From contig CBDCTJ010000007.1 of NCBI GenBank assembly GCA_965222115.1, forward strand, positions 1,920,001-1,984,000: a stretch of DNA of 64,000 nucleotides, in the 5' to 3' direction. The notes below the pieces were generated by a model. The model did no database searches and had not been told where the DNA came from. It was given only the letters and a program-made list of their open reading frames with translations. Position 1 is the stretch's first letter. Each line of letters starts with the position of its first letter. This DNA comes from Planctomycetota bacterium. GTDB lineage: Bacteria > Planctomycetota > PLA2 > JAEUHO01. This document shows, one piece after another, positions 36,122-46,308 of this stretch. The position numbers and the translations under genes were made by a program.

Positions 36122-37378
36122 ATGAGTGAAACCGACGCATCAACCGCAGGCACCGCGCCGACGAAATCGGCGTCGAATACCACACCGGTTCTCGTTGTGT
36201 CGGCGGTGCTTTGCAGTCTCGTGATGGGTGTTGTTGTGGCATTCGCGCTGCGTGCCCGTTCGTCGTCGGCGGAGGATGGTACGGCGCCCCTTGCGGGCGC
36301 GGCCTCCACGTACCGCGTTGCTGACGCGGCCGGTAGCGGCCAGGGGCTGTGCGGCGACGCCGATCCCGCGCTTCCGATAAAGGTCCGCTTTCATCTCGAC
36401 AAACCTGGCGTATACGACTTTGGCGATGTCAAGCAGGGCATTGTAGAAGAGCGAACGATTGGGTTTACCAACGATGGCGAAGGCCCGCTCTGTGTTCGAA
36501 GCGTCAAGGCCAGTTGCGGATGCATCAAAGCTTCGCTCGCCTCGGAGTCCCAACGCTACGAGCCCGGTGAATCGGGTGCGATTAAGATTATCCTCAAGAC
36601 CGAAGGCAGAGTTGGGGAGCTCAACAAGCGCATTGAAATGCTCACCAACGACGTCAAGCGACCGCGCAAGCACTTCATGGCGCGGGTCAACATATGCAAA
36701 GGCGTGCTGACCAAGCCGTCGTTTCTCAATTTCGGTCGTAGCGCGTTGCGCGCCACTATGAAATCACACCCGCTACGCATCATGTCACGGCCCAGCGAGC
36801 CCGCGTGGGAGATTACAAAAGTTGTCAAGCTGCCCGATCGTCCCGGGCAGGAACGAACCGACTACACGTTTCAAGTGAAGGAAAAAGACGATGATCAGTG
36901 GCGATCGCGCTACATCACCGTAGAGGCACCGGCGCCAATGAAGAAGGGCGTTGTTAAAGGTCGCGTGGAGATTCACACGACCCATCCCGAGCACCCCGTA
37001 CTAAGCGTCCGCATGAACGCCTATATCGTCGATCGCATTTTGATCATGAACAAGCGCGTAGCACTCGGTTACGTGCGGCGAGGGGAGGCCACGAAGCCGT
37101 CGCCAGCCACCCGCGTTCATCTCTATGCCGCAAGCCCGGCCGTCACATTCAAACTGTTGAGCGCGTCGGTGGAGCCCAAGACAGGCGACCCGGTCGATCC
37201 CCGAGGCACCGGCTTTGCCGTGAAGACGGGTCGAGATCGCAAAGGCCCCTTTGCCGAGGTGATTTATGACGGGACACCGTTTGACCCCGGCCTATTGGAA
37301 GCGCAACTGGTCCTCAAGACGGATGACCCGCACCAATCCGAGATTCGCATTCCGGTCCTGGCGACTCTACGCGAATAA
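36122..37378 (+). CDS. DUF1573 Ig-like domain protein
   Basis: N-terminal TM; YDFGDV...FTNDGEGPL...SCGC...PGESG signature; further Ig-like repeats. Confidence 0.8.
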   Translation: MSETDASTAGTAPTKSASNTTPVLVVSAVLCSLVMGVVVAFALRARSSSAEDGTAPLAGAASTYRVADAAGSGQGLCGDADPALPIKVRFHLDKPGVYDFGDVKQGIVEERTIGFTNDGEGPLCVRSVKASCGCIKASLASESQRYEPGESGAIKIILKTEGRVGELNKRIEMLTNDVKRPRKHFMARVNICKGVLTKPSFLNFGRSALRATMKSHPLRIMSRPSEPAWEITKVVKLPDRPGQERTDYTFQVKEKDDDQWRSRYITVEAPAPMKKGVVKGRVEIHTTHPEHPVLSVRMNAYIVDRILIMNKRVALGYVRRGEATKPSPATRVHLYAASPAVTFKLLSASVEPKTGDPVDPRGTGFAVKTGRDRKGPFAEVIYDGTPFDPGLLEAQLVLKTDDPHQSEIRIPVLATLRE

Positions 37379-37530
37379 CGACCTCACAAGCGTCGATCCG
37401 GACGCCAATTCGGTGGCGCGTCGATGTCCGGGTGCGAACCGCGAGCGTTTGCGCGTCGATGAGGTAATGTACGCCGTTCGTTCGGATCGATGGGCTTCAT
37501 GCCTACGACGCCCCTGGGAGGCCCACCATC

Positions 37531-39357
37531 ATGTGCGGGATCATTGGTTACACCGGATCGTCGCAGGCGCTCCCCATTCTGATTCAGGGCATCCGCCTGT
37601 TGTCGTATCGCGGCTATGACTCCGCCGGCGTTGCTATTCATCAGGGGGAGACCATCGCGATCGCTAAGGACAAAGGGCGCATTGCCGATCTTGCACCTCG
37701 TTGGGATCCCAAGGCGCTGGCGGGCACAACCGGCATCGGCCATACGCGTTGGGCCACACACGGCGGCGTCAACCGCAAGAATGCGCATCCCCATACCGAC
37801 GTGCCCACGCATGTTGCGGTTGTACACAATGGCATCATTGAAAACGACCTTGCGCTTCGCGAAGCGCTCGAGGCGGACGGGGTCACCTTTGCCTCCGACA
37901 CCGACACAGAGATTGTGGCCCACCTATTTGCCAAACACTTCGAGGGCGACCTGGTAGCCGCCGCCGCCGTGGTCATGAAGGCATGCCACGGAACGTTCGC
38001 CCTTGCGATTCAACATGTTTCCGATCCCACAGCTTTGGTTGCCGTGCGCCGCGGCTCACCGCTTCTGATTGGACTGGGGGTGCGTGAGAATCTCGTTGCG
38101 AGCGACTTGCGCGCGTTGGCCGGTCGTGCGGATTCCGTAGTTGACATGGGCGAAGATCAAATCGCCCTTGTGCGCCCCGACGGTGTTGAGCTGTTCCATA
38201 TGGATGGTTCGCCGGCCGAACTCCGCACACGCGAGTTGGGTGAGCAAGAGCGTGATGTGGATAAGGGCGGCCACGCGCATTACATGCTCAAAGAGATTCA
38301 TGAGCAGCCCGAACGCTTGTACGAGCTAATCGCGGGTCGCTTGGATCATCCAAAGGGCGACGTGCGACTCGACGAAGTACCACTCGACGACAAAGCGTGG
38401 AACTCGTTAGAACGCATTGATCTTATTGGATGTGGTACATCGTTTCACGCATGCATGTTCGGTGCTTACCTATTGGAAGCCTTTACCGGCATTCCCTCGC
38501 GCGCCATGATGGCCCACGAATACGATGTACGACGACCCCACTTATCCGAACGTGTCTTGGTGGTGGCGGTGTCGCAATCCGGCGAGACCGCCGATACCAA
38601 AGTGGCCATGCAAGTCGCTACCGATGGCGGTGCGCGCACACTCGGTGTGCTGAACGTACGCGACAGCATGATTGGTCGCAACGCGGACGGCGTGATCGAT
38701 ATGCACGCCGGTCCCGAGGTTGGCGTAGCGAGTACCAAGGCCTACACGGGGATGCTTGCCGCGCTCTCGCTCTTGGCGATCCGCGCGGGACGGGCGCGCA
38801 ATCGAAACGCCGCTGAGATCGACGCCTTTGCCGACGCACTCCGCACGGTGCCCGACTTGATTCGTCAGGTGATTGATCGCGCCGACCCCATACACGATGT
38901 CGTCCGCGAAATCTACCGTGCGGGCAATATGCTGTATTTGGGCCGTGGTGTGGACGCCGCGACAGCTCTCGAAGGCGCCCTCAAGATGAAGGAAATCTCC
39001 TACATCCACGCCGAGGGCTACCCCGCCGGCGAAATGAAGCATGGGCCCATCGCATTGGTTTCCTTCGAAGTGCCTACGGTTGCGATCGCCACCAGCGGTC
39101 CGTGGCGCGAACGCATGCTTGGCAACGTTCGTGAAGTGCGCGCTCGTGATGGTCTGGTGATCCTCGTGGCGTGCGAGGGCGACCGCGATGCGGGCAAAGT
39201 CGCCGATTTCGTTCTGCGGGTACCGGAGGTCCACCCTTGGCTGGCCCCGCTGATCAACGTCATACCCTTACAAATCCTGGCCTACGAAACAGCGAAACGA
39301 CGCGGCTGCGATATCGACCAACCGAGAAACCTCGCCAAGACGGTGACGGTGCAGTGA
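37531..39357 (+). CDS. glmS: Glutamine--fructose-6-phosphate aminotransferase
   Basis: MCGIIG, YRGYDSAG, GHTRWATHG, SQSGETAD, STKAY, C-term DQPRNLAKTVTV; SD GGAGG. Confidence 0.98.
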   Translation: MCGIIGYTGSSQALPILIQGIRLLSYRGYDSAGVAIHQGETIAIAKDKGRIADLAPRWDPKALAGTTGIGHTRWATHGGVNRKNAHPHTDVPTHVAVVHNGIIENDLALREALEADGVTFASDTDTEIVAHLFAKHFEGDLVAAAAVVMKACHGTFALAIQHVSDPTALVAVRRGSPLLIGLGVRENLVASDLRALAGRADSVVDMGEDQIALVRPDGVELFHMDGSPAELRTRELGEQERDVDKGGHAHYMLKEIHEQPERLYELIAGRLDHPKGDVRLDEVPLDDKAWNSLERIDLIGCGTSFHACMFGAYLLEAFTGIPSRAMMAHEYDVRRPHLSERVLVVAVSQSGETADTKVAMQVATDGGARTLGVLNVRDSMIGRNADGVIDMHAGPEVGVASTKAYTGMLAALSLLAIRAGRARNRNAAEIDAFADALRTVPDLIRQVIDRADPIHDVVREIYRAGNMLYLGRGVDAATALEGALKMKEISYIHAEGYPAGEMKHGPIALVSFEVPTVAIATSGPWRERMLGNVREVRARDGLVILVACEGDRDAGKVADFVLRVPEVHPWLAPLINVIPLQILAYETAKRRGCDIDQPRNLAKTVTVQ

Positions 39358-39411
39358 CCCCCTTTGGCGAAGCTACAGTTGGTGCTCTGAATCGAACGTA
39401 CGGCCTAAGGA

Positions 39412-42213
39412 ATGCGGTCGAACCAATGGACGAGGCTACCCATGGATGCAGTTAATCCCCGAACCGGCTCGGGCGAGATTTCCAGTCTCGGCCTTCGCGA
39501 TGTGACGGTTGTAACGCCATGCGATACAACCGAGCGCAGCGCGTTTACGACAAGCTCACGCGCGAGATGGGCAGTGACACCGACGACGCATGAGCGCGCA
39601 CTGCGTGTGCGCCAACTGTTGCGTACAACGGCCATGGCGAGCGTGGCGGCGCTCATGAGCCTTGCCATGTTCGGTACAGCCTTTGGTGAAGACTTCCCAC
39701 TGGGCGATCCACCTGCCGAGAAGATTGTCGAAGAAGCGAAGAAGACTGCGTCGGACGTAGCCAAGAAAGCTGGCGAAGTTGCGGAAGCCGTTGGTGAAGC
39801 CGCCGAGACGGCTGCGAAGCCAATCAAAGACGCTGCAAAGAAGGCGGCCGACGCGCTAGCGAAAGACTCGTCGAGTACGAAAGATGAGCCCAAGGCCGAG
39901 TCCAAAGCCGAAGCGCCTAAGGACAACGGGCAAAAGCAACCCGCGGCTGCGGGGACAACCGGCGCAACCGCACCCTCGCCAGACGGCGCGAGTGCAGCGT
40001 TGGAGCGCGAAAACCCCGGCACACCGATTCCACCCGCGCCGGGAACCTCAACAAACGCACATGCTCCCAACCCGATGGCGCCGCGTGCCGTTCAGTACCG
40101 TTTGGAACAGCGATACGATCCGCGTACCGGGCGGCGTTTCTATGTGCGTGTACCGGTCGTACCGACTGCTGTAAGCGCACGGGCAACGAATCCGCAAGGC
40201 ATAGGCGGCCGCCAACCCGCCGCCCAGCCACCCCTTCCAACTCGCGTTGGCCAAGTCGCCACGGCCGACCAACTTGCTGGCCAAACGTGGGTCGAGGTAC
40301 TTCCCGACGGTCGCCGCATTTTGCATCGTCCCAAGACGGCGGGCACACGTCCCAACGGCACACCCAATACGGCGGACGCACCCGCGTCACCGGGTTCTTC
40401 ATCGCAACCCGGGCAGCCCGAGCCTGCCATCGGCGACACCGGCGCGCCGCCAACCAGCAATGGTGGCCAGTCACCGAACGGCACAATTAGTCCTGGAACT
40501 ACAGGTAGTCCCGGAACTACAGGTAACCCTGGATCCGCCGCCCCCGATTCCGGCATTGGCATGCCGCCCGCAGAGGGCGCATTCCCGGAGCCCACGGCCG
40601 ATCCCGATGGTGCGGAACGTACAGCCGAAGATGCAGAGGAGGACTCGCCCGGAGCTTCTTCTAAGAATGAAACGGATGATGCCGGCCAGCCCTCGGAAGG
40701 GGATGACACCAATCCCTTCAACCCCGGCGAAGACGCTGACGCGACGAATGCTGAAGAATCCGGCGCTACCGATGCCAATGCGAGCGATCCGGCCTCCGCC
40801 GCCCCCGCGGCCAAAAACCTGCCAACGCCCGGCTCAAGTGCCGATCTGGGGACTCTGCCAGGATTGAAAAAACCCCTGGCGCCGCCAGCCGTGGATCCTG
40901 CTAGCAATGACCCCGCAGATTATGGCGACCCTCGCCATGTGGGTTCCGGTGGCTTTGAAGATGTGGGTCCGCCTTCACCTCCCGCCAGTTCGTCGAAAGA
41001 GCCCGCGGCTCCGACGTCCACTGAGACAGACGACGGTGGATCGATTTGGGCACCAGCCGAAGATGACACGACAAGCGAAGATGTGCCGGAGGGTGCTGCG
41101 CCCACGGGAACGTCAACGCCTGTAGGTAAATCAGGCGAAGATGAAATCTGGGCCCCCGCAGCCGATGCACCGGGTTCCTTTGAAGATATCGATCGTCCTG
41201 CTCGAACCGATTCGGTGCCCGCCTCGACCGCCTCTTCCTCGTTGCAGGCACGGGTTCAAGAACACATTACGCTTCTGCGTGATCGACCCGGTAGCGCGGG
41301 CGTTACGGCATATCCCGGCAGTCTGATTCAGCGCTCCCCAGCGGATGTGGCATTGGAACCTCGCCGAAAGGCGTGCGTGATCGCATTCTTTGATGACACG
41401 TCGCGCGGTTCAGCAAACTTCGCCGCCGATGTTCTTCCCGTGCTTGCCAACTACCGCGATGAAATCGAGTTTGTTGCGATTGAGCAAAACTCCGACGCGA
41501 AGCCAAGTCCCACCGAAGAGCGCGTTGTGCGACGCTATTTGCAAGCCGTGCCCGGGTTGGTCGTGTTGCCCCCCAATCGAGACGACCCGCGCATTTTCAA
41601 CAGTCGCTATACCGCGGACGACATTGAAGAGGCGTTGGAACTTGCCGTGCGCGCACCCACGGCGTCTTCGCCATCGCGTCCCGTCGGCTCAGGGCCCATC
41701 GACGACGGTGGAACCGAACCTCCGTGGCATCCCAACGACACGCCACTTGTGCGTGAGCCCAAGAATCCCGCGGGACGCTTGGCGGGCGATGAGATTCGCA
41801 CCACGGCCCGTGCACACGCAGACGAACTCCGACGCAATGCTGGTGACCCCGATCTTGTCGGATATCCGCGATCCCTGCTAAGTACTACGGCCCCGGCCGC
41901 CATTCTTGAGCGCGGCCAAAAGCCGCTCGTGATTCTGTTTTATGACGACAGCGCGAAGGCTTCCGACCGACAAGCCGCCGAATTCTTGCCACTGCTGATT
42001 CGTCGCAGCGACGACATCGACCTCATTTTGATCGATGTGAGCACAAAGGCCGAGTGGAACGCGGTGGAACAGAAGATTGTTCGAACCTACTACATGTCCT
42101 ACGTACCCACGACGGTCGTACTCACGTCGCGTCGTGCGCCCGTGCGCTCCTGGTACCACCTGGTTCGCGCCCGTGACTTGGAACGTGCGATCAACGAGGC
42201 CGCGCGAAAGTAG
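39412..42213 (+). CDS. Exported protein: long disordered Pro/Ala/acidic region plus two thioredoxin-like repeats lacking CxxC (true start probably near 39630)
   Basis: Signal-like MASVAALMSLAMFGTAFG; repeats GxxxYP.SL...V.I.F[FY]DD.S..S...VP..VVL at ~41250-41650 and ~41790-42210. Confidence 0.6.
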   Translation: MRSNQWTRLPMDAVNPRTGSGEISSLGLRDVTVVTPCDTTERSAFTTSSRARWAVTPTTHERALRVRQLLRTTAMASVAALMSLAMFGTAFGEDFPLGDPPAEKIVEEAKKTASDVAKKAGEVAEAVGEAAETAAKPIKDAAKKAADALAKDSSSTKDEPKAESKAEAPKDNGQKQPAAAGTTGATAPSPDGASAALERENPGTPIPPAPGTSTNAHAPNPMAPRAVQYRLEQRYDPRTGRRFYVRVPVVPTAVSARATNPQGIGGRQPAAQPPLPTRVGQVATADQLAGQTWVEVLPDGRRILHRPKTAGTRPNGTPNTADAPASPGSSSQPGQPEPAIGDTGAPPTSNGGQSPNGTISPGTTGSPGTTGNPGSAAPDSGIGMPPAEGAFPEPTADPDGAERTAEDAEEDSPGASSKNETDDAGQPSEGDDTNPFNPGEDADATNAEESGATDANASDPASAAPAAKNLPTPGSSADLGTLPGLKKPLAPPAVDPASNDPADYGDPRHVGSGGFEDVGPPSPPASSSKEPAAPTSTETDDGGSIWAPAEDDTTSEDVPEGAAPTGTSTPVGKSGEDEIWAPAADAPGSFEDIDRPARTDSVPASTASSSLQARVQEHITLLRDRPGSAGVTAYPGSLIQRSPADVALEPRRKACVIAFFDDTSRGSANFAADVLPVLANYRDEIEFVAIEQNSDAKPSPTEERVVRRYLQAVPGLVVLPPNRDDPRIFNSRYTADDIEEALELAVRAPTASSPSRPVGSGPIDDGGTEPPWHPNDTPLVREPKNPAGRLAGDEIRTTARAHADELRRNAGDPDLVGYPRSLLSTTAPAAILERGQKPLVILFYDDSAKASDRQAAEFLPLLIRRSDDIDLILIDVSTKAEWNAVEQKIVRTYYMSYVPTTVVLTSRRAPVRSWYHLVRARDLERAINEAARK

Positions 42214-42265
42214 CGCTACTGAGCAGCGCTACTGAATACAAGCAACGGGCGTCGGCTTGGGTCCA

Positions 42266-42898
42266 CTACTGCCACGTATCGATGCGGGCTTCCAAGTGAG
42301 GTAGGGCCGTCGCCAAGCGTGTCTTGGCGCGGTGGAGCAATTGCCCCACACTCGATGCACTGATGTTCAATACACGCGCAATCGTCTTGTAGTCACAGCC
42401 ATCCAAGTAGCGCATGGTGAGTAGCAACCGATCCCGATCGGGCAACGCTTGCAGGCCCTCCCGGAGTTCCTGTAGTGCTCTGCGCTTGTCATCTTCACGC
42501 AGTAGACGATCCGCTCGGGTGTGGGTGGATACATCCGGTGCTTCAGACGCGCGCTCCAGGGGAAGCGGCGTTCGCCGGCGACGTCGGAGCCACCGAATCA
42601 CTTCGGTACGGATAATGACCCCCAGGTACGTCGAGAGTCGATACTCGGGTTTGTAGGCCTTGAGCAGTGCCCGTTCGCGGCGAACAAGTGCCAACAAAAC
42701 GTCGGCCACGATCTCGTCGGTGTCAACGTCGTCGGCCCGTCCGGAATAGTGTCGCAGCAAGCGGCGCACGAGGGCCCGCAGCAAAGCGCCATAGCGATCT
42801 AGAAAGAGCTCCCACGCACCGCGATCCCCCTCGGCGCACCGTCGCGCGAGCTCGGCTTCGGTTACGTCATCGTTCGACGGGGGGGTGGGCGGATTCAT
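42266..42898 (-). CDS. ECF (sigma-70 group 4) RNA polymerase sigma factor
   Basis: ELARRCAEGDRGAWELFLDRY (region 2); LPDRDRLLLTMRYLDGCDYKTIA...LHRAK (region 4). Confidence 0.9.
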   Translation of the reverse strand: MNPPTPPSNDDVTEAELARRCAEGDRGAWELFLDRYGALLRALVRRLLRHYSGRADDVDTDEIVADVLLALVRRERALLKAYKPEYRLSTYLGVIIRTEVIRWLRRRRRTPLPLERASEAPDVSTHTRADRLLREDDKRRALQELREGLQALPDRDRLLLTMRYLDGCDYKTIARVLNISASSVGQLLHRAKTRLATALPHLEARIDTWQ

Positions 42899-43089
42899 GA
42901 TTCTGTTAGGGAACACCACCCCCGGTGAGCAGGTTTTGTGCCGATGGATGGAGACGCGCTTTCATGTCCAGCCTACCTGGGTTCGTCTCGGCCTTCGGAA
43001 AGTCCGTTGCCGGTAGAACGTGGCCGCCTTACGCAAACAGGGGGCGCCACCATGCGTAGGATAGCCGTGCACGTAGTTTGGAGGACTCC

Positions 43090-43941
43090 ATGAAACGCGC
43101 CCGAGGTACGCCTGCCGTCGGACGGTTCAGCTCTCCCGCTGTTGGAAGCCCGGTAGCCGGCTCCCCTCAGGTCGAACTGCAGACTGGCGTCAAGCTGTCC
43201 GTCGAACTATCCGCAGAGGGATCCGTATTGTCTCCTTCGGGGACTTTGGCGGCCGGCTCGTTGAAGTCCGGCACGCCCGCCGGTCATTCCGCCACTGCCA
43301 ATGGCAAGCGCGCGGCTCGCCTCGCCAAGCGGCGTGAAGAGCAGGCGCGGGATGTCGTCATCGTGCGTGCCATTCTTGGGGGCGACCCCGAAGCGTTTCG
43401 GCAACTCGTCGATCGCTACCAGCAACCGCTCTTCTGGATCGCGCGCGACATCCTGTTGGATCGCGATGAGGCCTTGGATGTCGTGCAGGAGTGTTTCGTA
43501 CGCGTGCACGCGGCGCTCACGCGCTTCGATCAGAGTCGCAGCTTTAAGAATTGGATATTTCGCATCGCGCGCAACCTCGCCATCGACATGTATCGACGAC
43601 GTCGACGGCGGCCCGGATCGGTGGAAGACCCTGCGGTCTATCAGGACGTTGCACCCGAAGCGGAGCGATCGCAATTGGGGGGACCGAGTGATGGTCGAGC
43701 ATCGCTGACGGAGATCAAACAGCGTGTACGCGATGTAATGAATGCGCTCCCGCTTGAATACCGTCTCGCGTTGACGCTACGTGATTTTCACGGCCTTACG
43801 CCCCGCGAAGTCGCACGGGTTACCGATTGCAGCTATGCCACCGCGCGTTGGCGACTCCACCGCGCGCGCGCGTTGTTTCGCGCGTCTTGGCAAGATCGAT
43901 TTGGCCATGCGATACCCGCGCCTGCAGGAGGTGTGTCATGA
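43090..43941 (+). CDS. ECF RNA polymerase sigma factor with an N-terminal extension
   Basis: GDPEAFRQLVDRY, DVVQECF, FKNWIFRIARNLAID, region 4 LPLEYR...RLHRAR; SD GGAGG. Confidence 0.92.
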   Translation: MKRARGTPAVGRFSSPAVGSPVAGSPQVELQTGVKLSVELSAEGSVLSPSGTLAAGSLKSGTPAGHSATANGKRAARLAKRREEQARDVVIVRAILGGDPEAFRQLVDRYQQPLFWIARDILLDRDEALDVVQECFVRVHAALTRFDQSRSFKNWIFRIARNLAIDMYRRRRRRPGSVEDPAVYQDVAPEAERSQLGGPSDGRASLTEIKQRVRDVMNALPLEYRLALTLRDFHGLTPREVARVTDCSYATARWRLHRARALFRASWQDRFGHAIPAPAGGVS

Positions 43942-44927
43942 GTCCTATGCACCACAGGGATAGCATCCAAGACGAACGGGTTGTGATTGGCGAAGCAACC
44001 GGCGATGTGAACCATGAGGGCGTTGACCAGCAGGTTCGGGCACTTGTAAAGCGAGTAGAGCGCGCATTGGATCTTGGGCAAGACGTTTCGCCCGACGATG
44101 TGGATGCGTTACATACGCTTTCGCCCCTGCTTTGTAGGGCGCCGTCCACGCCGCGGCGCGCGCGGTTGCGTTCACGTTTGGCCGCGGTGGAAGCGCGGTT
44201 GGGGCTTAGGGCGCGCACCGAACCCGCGTCATCGTTTGAAGGTCTATATGAACGCGTGGCCACGCGTGTGGTGGAGGAGTCGGCCACAAGCGTGGATGCC
44301 GCGGGCGAAGCCGTGCGCTGGCGCCGCGCTGCGCTCTCAAACTCATTCTTGGATGCTCCGCGTGCGCTCATGTGGTGGCGCGTTGCGGCGTGCACCGCTG
44401 TGGCGTTGCTTGCGGTGGGGGCGTGGGCTTGGCAAGCGTCGAGCGATGGCGACTCACGCGCAACGATTGCGCGTGGGGATTCTGATGTTCTGCATCGAAG
44501 TCGCGTGATAGCCGACGACGATATGCGTCATGGCCTGCTGACCCTACACCCTTATGGCAACGACGCTGAAAACAACGGCGTCGAAGATTGGGCAGGAGAC
44601 GTAGAGCCTGTCACGGACCGGCCCTTGCTCGCGCGACCCGTTCGGTTCGGCGCGAATTCCAATCCGGATCCATCGGAAGGTATGTATTCAAGTGCACTCG
44701 TTAAATCGCGAAAAGACGGCGTAGAGGCACTTACAGGCCGCCAGATACGGTTTTCCAAACATCCCGGTTCGTCGTCCTACTCGGTGTGGATTGAATCCGA
44801 TGCGGGTGAGCCAGAGATCATGTTGTTTGTAGACCGCAATCAGACGATTCGCACTCGCGTGAGGTCACGTAGCGGTTCGCGCGCTGCCATCCATTCAAGT
44901 GGCGAGCGAACCGAAGATCGTAAGTAG
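43938..44927 (+). CDS. Putative membrane-bound anti-sigma factor
   Basis: ATGA overlap with the ECF gene, SD AGGAGG, single TM (WWRVAACTAVALLAVGAWAW). Confidence 0.55.
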   Translation: MSPMHHRDSIQDERVVIGEATGDVNHEGVDQQVRALVKRVERALDLGQDVSPDDVDALHTLSPLLCRAPSTPRRARLRSRLAAVEARLGLRARTEPASSFEGLYERVATRVVEESATSVDAAGEAVRWRRAALSNSFLDAPRALMWWRVAACTAVALLAVGAWAWQASSDGDSRATIARGDSDVLHRSRVIADDDMRHGLLTLHPYGNDAENNGVEDWAGDVEPVTDRPLLARPVRFGANSNPDPSEGMYSSALVKSRKDGVEALTGRQIRFSKHPGSSSYSVWIESDAGEPEIMLFVDRNQTIRTRVRSRSGSRAAIHSSGERTEDRK

Positions 44928-44936
44928 CAGCGACTC

Positions 44937-46181
44937 ATGAATCCATCGTTTGCATCCATTTCGTCGTTGGCGTTTGTAGCTGGCGTGCTGGCCTTCATGG
45001 GTCCGGCCTATGCCGAGGAACAGGCGGCGCCTGCGTCGAAACAACGCGCCCCCGCCAAGCAAACGAGCCCATCCCCGTCCGCACCGTCTGCACCTACACC
45101 GGCTACATCTACACCCGTTTCGATCGATGTATTGAGGCGCGTAAAGCAAAGTACAGCGCGCGTTGTGTGGCGAGATCGTGTACGCCCCGCGGTGGTCACG
45201 CGGCGCAATGCAATCGCCATCGATGCCGATCAATACCTTTTGATGGCAGGTCCACCGCCGGAAGTTACGGCGGGCGCCATTACCGTGACGCACGCAAATG
45301 GACTATCGGGCCGTGCCAGGGTGATTGCAGGCGACACGGAAGCAGCGTTGACACTTTTGCGCCTACCGGGTCATGGACTACCTGCAGTTGCGCTTCGAAA
45401 CGAAACTTCGGCGACGCTGGCGCATCGAGGTGAGCGCGTTGCCATGGTAAATGCCGCTGGCGCGATTGCGCGCGGCGCGCTGCGATCGTTCGGCACGCGC
45501 GTCACGGTGCGTCGAGGGCGTTTCCGTAGCCAGTCGTTGGGACTGTTGGAAGCGGGGCTTGCCACCGTGGCGGATGACGTCGGCAGTCCGTTTGCGGACG
45601 TGAATGGACGGGTTATTGGATTGTTCTTGGCCCATCGCGTGGCCAATACGACGAGTCGTGAAAGGGGCGCAACGCGCACCGGTGTAACGCTTCGCCCGCA
45701 TGTCGTTTCGTCGTATGCGATTCCCGCATCGACGATTGCGGTGGTGTGGCCACTGCTTCGCGATCGCGGACGTGTACCGCGCGCCATACTTGGGTCTCAC
45801 GTGAAAGCCAGGCCCGCACCTGCCGAGTTGCGTGAGCATCTTTGTGCCGGTTGCCCATCCTTCGTGATTACTCAGGCTGCCACGATTGGGCTCGGCAACG
45901 ACGATGTGTTGCGCTCCAACGATGTCATTGTTTCGTTCAATGATCTTCGGTTGCCCGAGGGGGCTAGCTTGGACGAGGCACTGCTTCCCTATCGCCCTGG
46001 CGATTCGATTCGTGTGCGCGTGTTGCGCGGCGGAAAACCAACGGAAGTGGTCGTCAAGCTGAAAGAGCGCCGACAGACCGCCATTTCGATAGGCGGGGGC
46101 GGAATTCAGATTCGTCAGCAGGTTCGTTCGAAGGCTCGCTCCGGCGCTGCGGCAAGTACCGAATCGCCCGACGAGCGGTAG
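44937..46181 (+). CDS. HtrA/DegP-like trypsin-fold + PDZ protein, apparently catalytically inactive
   Basis: Signal peptide; S1C-like ARVIAGD, GSPFADVNGRVIGL; PDZ LRSNDVIVSFN...VLRGGK. Confidence 0.7.
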   Translation: MNPSFASISSLAFVAGVLAFMGPAYAEEQAAPASKQRAPAKQTSPSPSAPSAPTPATSTPVSIDVLRRVKQSTARVVWRDRVRPAVVTRRNAIAIDADQYLLMAGPPPEVTAGAITVTHANGLSGRARVIAGDTEAALTLLRLPGHGLPAVALRNETSATLAHRGERVAMVNAAGAIARGALRSFGTRVTVRRGRFRSQSLGLLEAGLATVADDVGSPFADVNGRVIGLFLAHRVANTTSRERGATRTGVTLRPHVVSSYAIPASTIAVVWPLLRDRGRVPRAILGSHVKARPAPAELREHLCAGCPSFVITQAATIGLGNDDVLRSNDVIVSFNDLRLPEGASLDEALLPYRPGDSIRVRVLRGGKPTEVVVKLKERRQTAISIGGGGIQIRQQVRSKARSGAAASTESPDER

Positions 46182-46308
46182 TATCAGGGTTGCCCAATAC
46201 GGGGACAATGAAGTGTTTTGTTTGTATTGAGCCAAGTATGGTCAAGGGGCCCTGAAATCCCCATTATTTAGCGTCCCACGTCGATCTCGGGCTGTCTATA
46301 CCCTCTCG

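Noticed and set aside
37379-37530. glmS ribozyme upstream of glmS
   Set aside because: Only loose resemblance (AAGCGTC, GTCGATGAGG); the core AGCGCC, GACGAGG and TATCGAA...TCGGCGG elements are absent. An Infernal scan would settle it.
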